NCBI GenBank assembly: GCA_016188545.1
Contig: JACPHO010000001.1
Coordinates: 419,324-483,323 of the forward strand
Direction: 5' to 3'
Origin: Candidatus Shapirobacteria bacterium
Lineage (GTDB): Bacteria > Patescibacteriota > Microgenomatia > UBA12405
DNA length: 64,000 nucleotides
Position 1 is the stretch's first letter; every line of letters starts with the position of its first letter. The translations under genes were made by a program, and so were the position numbers. The notes beneath the pieces were generated by a model, which worked only from the letters and a program-made list of their open reading frames with translations, was not told the origin of the DNA and made no database searches. Below, in pieces: positions 59,711 through 64,000 of this stretch.

Positions 59711-61159
59711 CTATGCTGTCATCGCCCGATAATACGCTTTCCCAAATGCAATTAGCTTTACCCCAAACGAGTTCCAACCATCTCGCCGAACAATCTCCAT
59801 AACCGTCTCTGCCACCCCCCTTCTTCTGACTCTAGTCTTTAAATAAAGCCAAGCAGCTTTTGGCAAGTTACTCTCAATATCTCGTTTCTTGTAGTCAGGG
59901 TATTCATAGACAGCTGTATTCCCATTGTATTTTCTCCAATCATCGGTCAACAGATTTCCCCGACTCTTCAATAAGTTATAAAAAGGTGTCCCTGGCTGAG
60001 GTGTGCACACCGATGCCTGAAAATCCCACAGCAGCCCTTCTTTTGTTAATTTCTCTATCAAATCCAATGTCTTCCCATCCTCTGTCAGGTTCGAATCAGG
60101 AGAACCAAATGTAAATGTTGCATACATTCTCATCCCCACTTTCTTAGCCATCTTAAGAACTTCAATAATTCGGTCAACATTCACATTTTTTACCATTCCT
60201 AGGGCCGTCTTTACCGATGCTGTCTCAATCCCAATTCTAATTTTGTAATAACCAGCCTTTCTCATCATGGTCAGCATTTCCTCATCGAAAGTCCAATACC
60301 CACACATGGCATCATACTTTAGATCCTGCAATCCATTATCAATTATGGCTTGACACAGTTCCATGACAAACTTTTTGTTCGAATTATGATTTTCTTCATC
60401 AAAGAAAATCCCATCCATTTCCGGATATTTATTCTTAAGATATTTAATTTCATCGATTACATTTTGAACTTCTCGGACTCTAAAATTTGGTTTGCCATAA
60501 TAAGTTTGTCGAGCTACACAAAAGTTACAATTCATCGGACACCCACGGGTTGCAAAGAACTCAATTTCCTTATAGTCACAACCGCCAATTCGGGTATAGT
60601 TCATCCGACTGATATCATCGTCCTCAGGAAAGGGGAGTGTGTGTACATCTAAAAGTTCCTTTACTGGGTTAGGATAAATTCCGTCAATTGTTTTCGGCTT
60701 TTCACCACTAACCAGCTTGACTACAGCCGGTTCGTATTCCCCAGTTGCCACGTAGTCGACACCATCAGCCAACACTTCTTTTGGAAAAGCAGTCGGATGT
60801 TGACCACAAAAAATAATTTTTGTACCGTACTTTTCCTTAAACTTAAGAGCAAATCTAAGATCGTATTTATAGACAACCGATGATGTTTCAACCACCAGAT
60901 AATCAGGCATAAACTTTTTATACTTCTCAAAATATTCCTCGGCTGTTAGTTCTTCATAATTCCCATCTACCATTTTCACTTCCAAGTCTTTGTTTTGCTT
61001 TAACATCGATGACAGATATCCTAGCTCGTATGGATAAAAGTTAAACGATTTGGTTTTTCCAACACAAGTCGACCATCGAGAAGGAAATAAAATGTAATGA
61101 TTTCCATCATCATCTTTACCTACAGAGTTCGCTATCAACACTTTTGTCCTGGATTTCAT
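59711..61159 (-). CDS. B12-binding domain radical SAM protein (canonical CxxxCxxC)
   Basis: ATRGCPMNCNFCVAR. N-terminal cobalamin-binding-like domain. 482 aa. Confidence 0.75.
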   Translation of the reverse strand: MKSRTKVLIANSVGKDDDGNHYILFPSRWSTCVGKTKSFNFYPYELGYLSSMLKQNKDLEVKMVDGNYEELTAEEYFEKYKKFMPDYLVVETSSVVYKYDLRFALKFKEKYGTKIIFCGQHPTAFPKEVLADGVDYVATGEYEPAVVKLVSGEKPKTIDGIYPNPVKELLDVHTLPFPEDDDISRMNYTRIGGCDYKEIEFFATRGCPMNCNFCVARQTYYGKPNFRVREVQNVIDEIKYLKNKYPEMDGIFFDEENHNSNKKFVMELCQAIIDNGLQDLKYDAMCGYWTFDEEMLTMMRKAGYYKIRIGIETASVKTALGMVKNVNVDRIIEVLKMAKKVGMRMYATFTFGSPDSNLTEDGKTLDLIEKLTKEGLLWDFQASVCTPQPGTPFYNLLKSRGNLLTDDWRKYNGNTAVYEYPDYKKRDIESNLPKAAWLYLKTRVRRRGVAETVMEIVRRDGWNSFGVKLIAFGKAYYRAMTA

Positions 61160-61161
61160 TG

Positions 61162-62004
61162 TTAAATCTTACCACTTTTTCCCTCAACCTCAACTACTCC
61201 ATGTTGAGCCACTAAGACCGAAAAGATCCAAAGTATTGGGATAGTTATAGTTTGAAATACAATCATTGTTGGAATAGTTAGTTTAAACCCAAACTTCGAC
61301 AATATTGAGTAGCCCATCACCTGACGATATTCACCAAAATAATTTCTGCTCTTAATATCTTTAAAACCTACATCTTCAAACATCTTGAGTAGACCCGCTT
61401 CACTAAACAAAGTCTGATGATTCGGATAATCCAAATGGTACCAATTAGCACCCGCCAATTTTGCCTCCCACGACTCAACATTTGGCACCCTGACAACTAG
61501 TCTACCCGTAGGTGATAATATCCCTAAAATTTTTCTAATATATTCTGCTGGTTTTTCGATATGTTCCAAAACATGATACATCACCACCAACTCAAACTTT
61601 TCTTTAACTTTATCAATATCGTCAAACAGATGATCTTTTCCTAAGACGTTTTCTATTTGCCTCCTGGCATACTTTGACTTTTCTACACCAAAGACCCGAT
61701 ATCCCATAGATTTAAGAGCTTTTAAAAATTTACCTTCACCAAAACCAATTTCTAAAACCTTATCATTTTTTGACAAACTAAGAGTTTGATATCTATCCCA
61801 AAATGCGAATTTGTCAACAATATTCATTAGCCATCCACTTTTACTCCTACCATAATATTCCTTATCATAGACACTTTTCACCACACCGCTCATCGACACA
61901 CTTCTACACTGTAAGCACTCCACAAAACTTGAATCTATCTTCCACTGACGAGTATTATCTGACTCACATACCAGACATTTTCTTTGCTTCTTTTGTGTAG
62001 CCAT
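61162..62004 (-). CDS. Class I SAM-dependent methyltransferase with N-terminal CxxC-x14-CxxC zinc ribbon
   Basis: CLVCESDNTRQWKIDSSFVECLQC, followed by VLEIGFGEGKFLKAL (SAM-binding motif I). Start chosen at MATQKK; the ORF-track start at 62022 is an alternative. Confidence 0.6.
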   Translation of the reverse strand: MATQKKQRKCLVCESDNTRQWKIDSSFVECLQCRSVSMSGVVKSVYDKEYYGRSKSGWLMNIVDKFAFWDRYQTLSLSKNDKVLEIGFGEGKFLKALKSMGYRVFGVEKSKYARRQIENVLGKDHLFDDIDKVKEKFELVVMYHVLEHIEKPAEYIRKILGILSPTGRLVVRVPNVESWEAKLAGANWYHLDYPNHQTLFSEAGLLKMFEDVGFKDIKSRNYFGEYRQVMGYSILSKFGFKLTIPTMIVFQTITIPILWIFSVLVAQHGVVEVEGKSGKI

Positions 62005-62845
62005 CTGATTTCCACTTAACAACTAACCACTGCATAATTATGTTCGGATAATTGTCAGTTGTTTTAACTATCCACTCCATTATATTTCGAATACGATTCA
62101 TTATTCGCCATTCCAATATCAAGATAATAAATCTACCCAATTTATTTTTAATTAAAAAAGGTAAAAAATTCACCGGCAATTTAGATTTTAAATAATATAA
62201 ACCACGTCCGTGACTAATAAATCTGTTTTTAATATCCTCAAATTTTAATTGATGGAAATGCCAAACTTTAGCGTTGCTATCAAAATATAATTTTAGACCA
62301 TTTATTTTGGCACGATAGGCAAACTCAATATCTTCCCACGCTGCTGTCGGAAATTCTTCACAAAACCACAATTCATTTTTTATTACAAAATTTCTCTTCA
62401 TTGAAAAGTTGCACGTCCACAAATAATACCAAGGTATTCTTCGAATTTTATCGGTATATTTAAATCGATAATTAAAATGTAGCCCACTTTGTCCCACCAA
62501 CCATTTCATCGCATTTATTTTGATTGTCTCAGGGTGATTTTCTGTCAATCCTACCATCCCCGCCGATTCTGATTTATGCCTACTATGAAAATCTAAGTGG
62601 GATTTTATAAACCCAATTTCTATAAAACTATCATCATTTAAAAACAGTAAATATTTTCCCCTTGACCTTTTTATCGCTTCATTTCTAGCCTTTGCGGGTC
62701 CATTATTACCAATTACTATTACGATTTCGTCACGATCTTTGTCAATCTGTGCTTCTAAAAGTGCCAGGGCCTCTTTTAATATCTCTTGTCGCTTAAGTGT
62801 CGGGATAATAATACTAAACCTTACTCTCCTCTGGCTACTTTCCAT
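61964..62845 (-). CDS. Glycosyltransferase family 2
   Basis: FSIIIPTLKRQEILKEALALLEAQ...FLNDDS. Confidence 0.68.
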   Translation of the reverse strand: MESSQRRVRFSIIIPTLKRQEILKEALALLEAQIDKDRDEIVIVIGNNGPAKARNEAIKRSRGKYLLFLNDDSFIEIGFIKSHLDFHSRHKSESAGMVGLTENHPETIKINAMKWLVGQSGLHFNYRFKYTDKIRRIPWYYLWTCNFSMKRNFVIKNELWFCEEFPTAAWEDIEFAYRAKINGLKLYFDSNAKVWHFHQLKFEDIKNRFISHGRGLYYLKSKLPVNFLPFLIKNKLGRFIILILEWRIMNRIRNIMEWIVKTTDNYPNIIMQWLVVKWKSDGYTKEAKKMSGM

Positions 62846-64000
62846 ATCTTTAGAATTATTTTTATGACTATCACTACCGGTGCCGAAATAATCGGTGATT
62901 GCTTCATTATAAACGCCGTGCCCAGTAACATTTTTCGAAGTACTATCATGTCAAAAGAGGATAGATACTTAGTCCTCATGTTACTAATATTTCCATTAAA
63001 TTTATTCCAATCAAAATCTTGAATTAGTCCCGACTTCATGGCATCAGCAAACATTTCCGTCCCAGGGTATGGAGTAATTGTGCTGAACCCTACCGATTCT
63101 GGGTTGAGTCTAACCAAATAATCAAATGTGTTTGACATTGTCTTCAAATTATCATCAGGCAACCCGATTATCATCAAAAAGTGAAGTTTCACTCCAACTT
63201 TTTTGGCAACTTCTCGAATATTTTGAATCGATTCCAAAGTCACTCCCGGCTTACCTTGGTAGATAATCAATTCTTGGTCAAGAGTCTCTATCCCCACATT
63301 AATCCCCAAACACCCAGCCTTTTTCATTATTTTTAAAAGCTCTGGAGTTAATACATTTATCCGTGTCTCACACCACCACCTAATCTTCAGTTTATTTTTT
63401 ATTATCAAGTTACAGAGTTCCTCAGTTCTTTTATTATCCAGAGTAAAAGTTGCATCACGAAATAGCACACTTTTAATTCCCAGTTTACTAATTACTTTTA
63501 ACTCTTTAATTACCCGTTCATTACTCATAGCTCTCCAAGTCTTTCCCTGGACTAGGGGATAAGGACAGTAAAATCCACATGGGTAGGGGCAGCCTCGACT
63601 TGTCTGCATAGTCGTCACCACCCCAGGAAGTAGTACATAGCGATACCGGTCAATTTTGGTTTCCTCTCGAGCTGATAGTGGCAGATCATCGAGATTTTTA
63701 ATCCTATCCTCCACAGTCATTGGCGACAGCCCAACTTTTTCATTATTCCAGTAGACACAGCCCGTTCTTCTTTTTCCACTCAAAAATTCTTCGATGGTTA
63801 AGTCACATTCACCAAAAATTATTAACTCAGCCCCAGAATCCTTAAGCACCCTTTCCAATATTTGTTTATAGTTTATCCCGGTCTTAAAAATTACCCGAAG
63901 ACCTGGGATATTTTCCATCAACTTTCTAGCAAATTCTGTATCTTCCGACACGGTTGGTAATGCCAAACCTGAGATTACAACTTCAATCTTTTTGTTTTTT
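62821..64000 (-). CDS. B12-binding domain radical SAM protein, non-canonical Cx3Cx3C spacing; N-terminus runs off the window
   Basis: TSRGCPYPCGFYCPYP ~125 aa into the visible ORF. The upstream residues look like a partial B12-binding domain, so the true start is probably beyond 64000. Confidence 0.6.
   Translation of the reverse strand, partial: KNKKIEVVISGLALPTVSEDTEFARKLMENIPGLRVIFKTGINYKQILERVLKDSGAELIIFGECDLTIEEFLSGKRRTGCVYWNNEKVGLSPMTVEDRIKNLDDLPLSAREETKIDRYRYVLLPGVVTTMQTSRGCPYPCGFYCPYPLVQGKTWRAMSNERVIKELKVISKLGIKSVLFRDATFTLDNKRTEELCNLIIKNKLKIRWWCETRINVLTPELLKIMKKAGCLGINVGIETLDQELIIYQGKPGVTLESIQNIREVAKKVGVKLHFLMIIGLPDDNLKTMSNTFDYLVRLNPESVGFSTITPYPGTEMFADAMKSGLIQDFDWNKFNGNISNMRTKYLSSFDMIVLRKMLLGTAFIMKQSPIISAPVVIVIKIILKIWKVARGE

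Noticed and set aside
1-64000. CRISPR arrays, rRNA/tRNA genes, transposases or integrases
   Set aside because: No direct-repeat/spacer periodicity, no cloverleaf-compatible GTTCxAxxC-type T-arm signatures in the few intergenic spacers, and no ORF with DDE, recombinase or HNH motifs was found. The island cannot be called mobile from this window alone.
1-64000. Alternative genetic code (UGA recoded to Gly/Trp as in some CPR lineages)
   Set aside because: RF2 with an intact SPF motif is encoded. TGA terminates many genes in ATGA overlaps at positions where homologous proteins end. So the standard bacterial code applies.

Overview
The window is a low-GC bacterial chromosomal segment (~35-38% GC by eye) with dense operons and many ATGA/TAATG start-stop overlaps. 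Genetic code 11 fits, because RF2 is present and TGA is used as a stop. The composition and gene content suggest a CPR/Patescibacteria-like or other small-genome Gram-positive-type organism, but that is inference only. The first ~14 kb carries housekeeping and envelope genes: the SecA C-terminus, a class II Fic protein, a DHH/DHHA1 phosphoesterase, a HIT protein, TypA/BipA, a lipoprotein trio (C39-like peptidase, cyclophilin, thioredoxin-like), RF2, an LCP ligase, FtsE-FtsX plus a coiled-coil M23 peptidase, and a sortase-type DUF11 surface protein. From ~14.0 kb to the window end at 64.0 kb lies one contiguous cell-surface glycosylation island of roughly 50 kb. It contains three DPM1/GtrB-like polyprenyl-phosphate sugar synthases, about 12 other GT2 and GT4 glycosyltransferases, a Wzx-like flippase and about 16 large polytopic membrane proteins. 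At least eight of those are ArnT/PMT-like GT-C paralogs with a conserved N-terminal DE loop, and three (one 718 aa; two paralogous) are YfhO-like. The island also contains four B12-binding radical SAM enzymes, two of them with non-canonical cysteine spacing, plus an FkbM-type and two class I SAM methyltransferases. Notable sequence-level oddities are 7-bp tandem repeats and long homopolymers inside glycosyltransferase genes, an apparently circularly permuted M23 domain in the FtsEX-linked hydrolase, and a perfect consensus sigma70 promoter in front of a small unknown ORF. No rRNA, tRNA, CRISPR array or transposase/integrase was detected.
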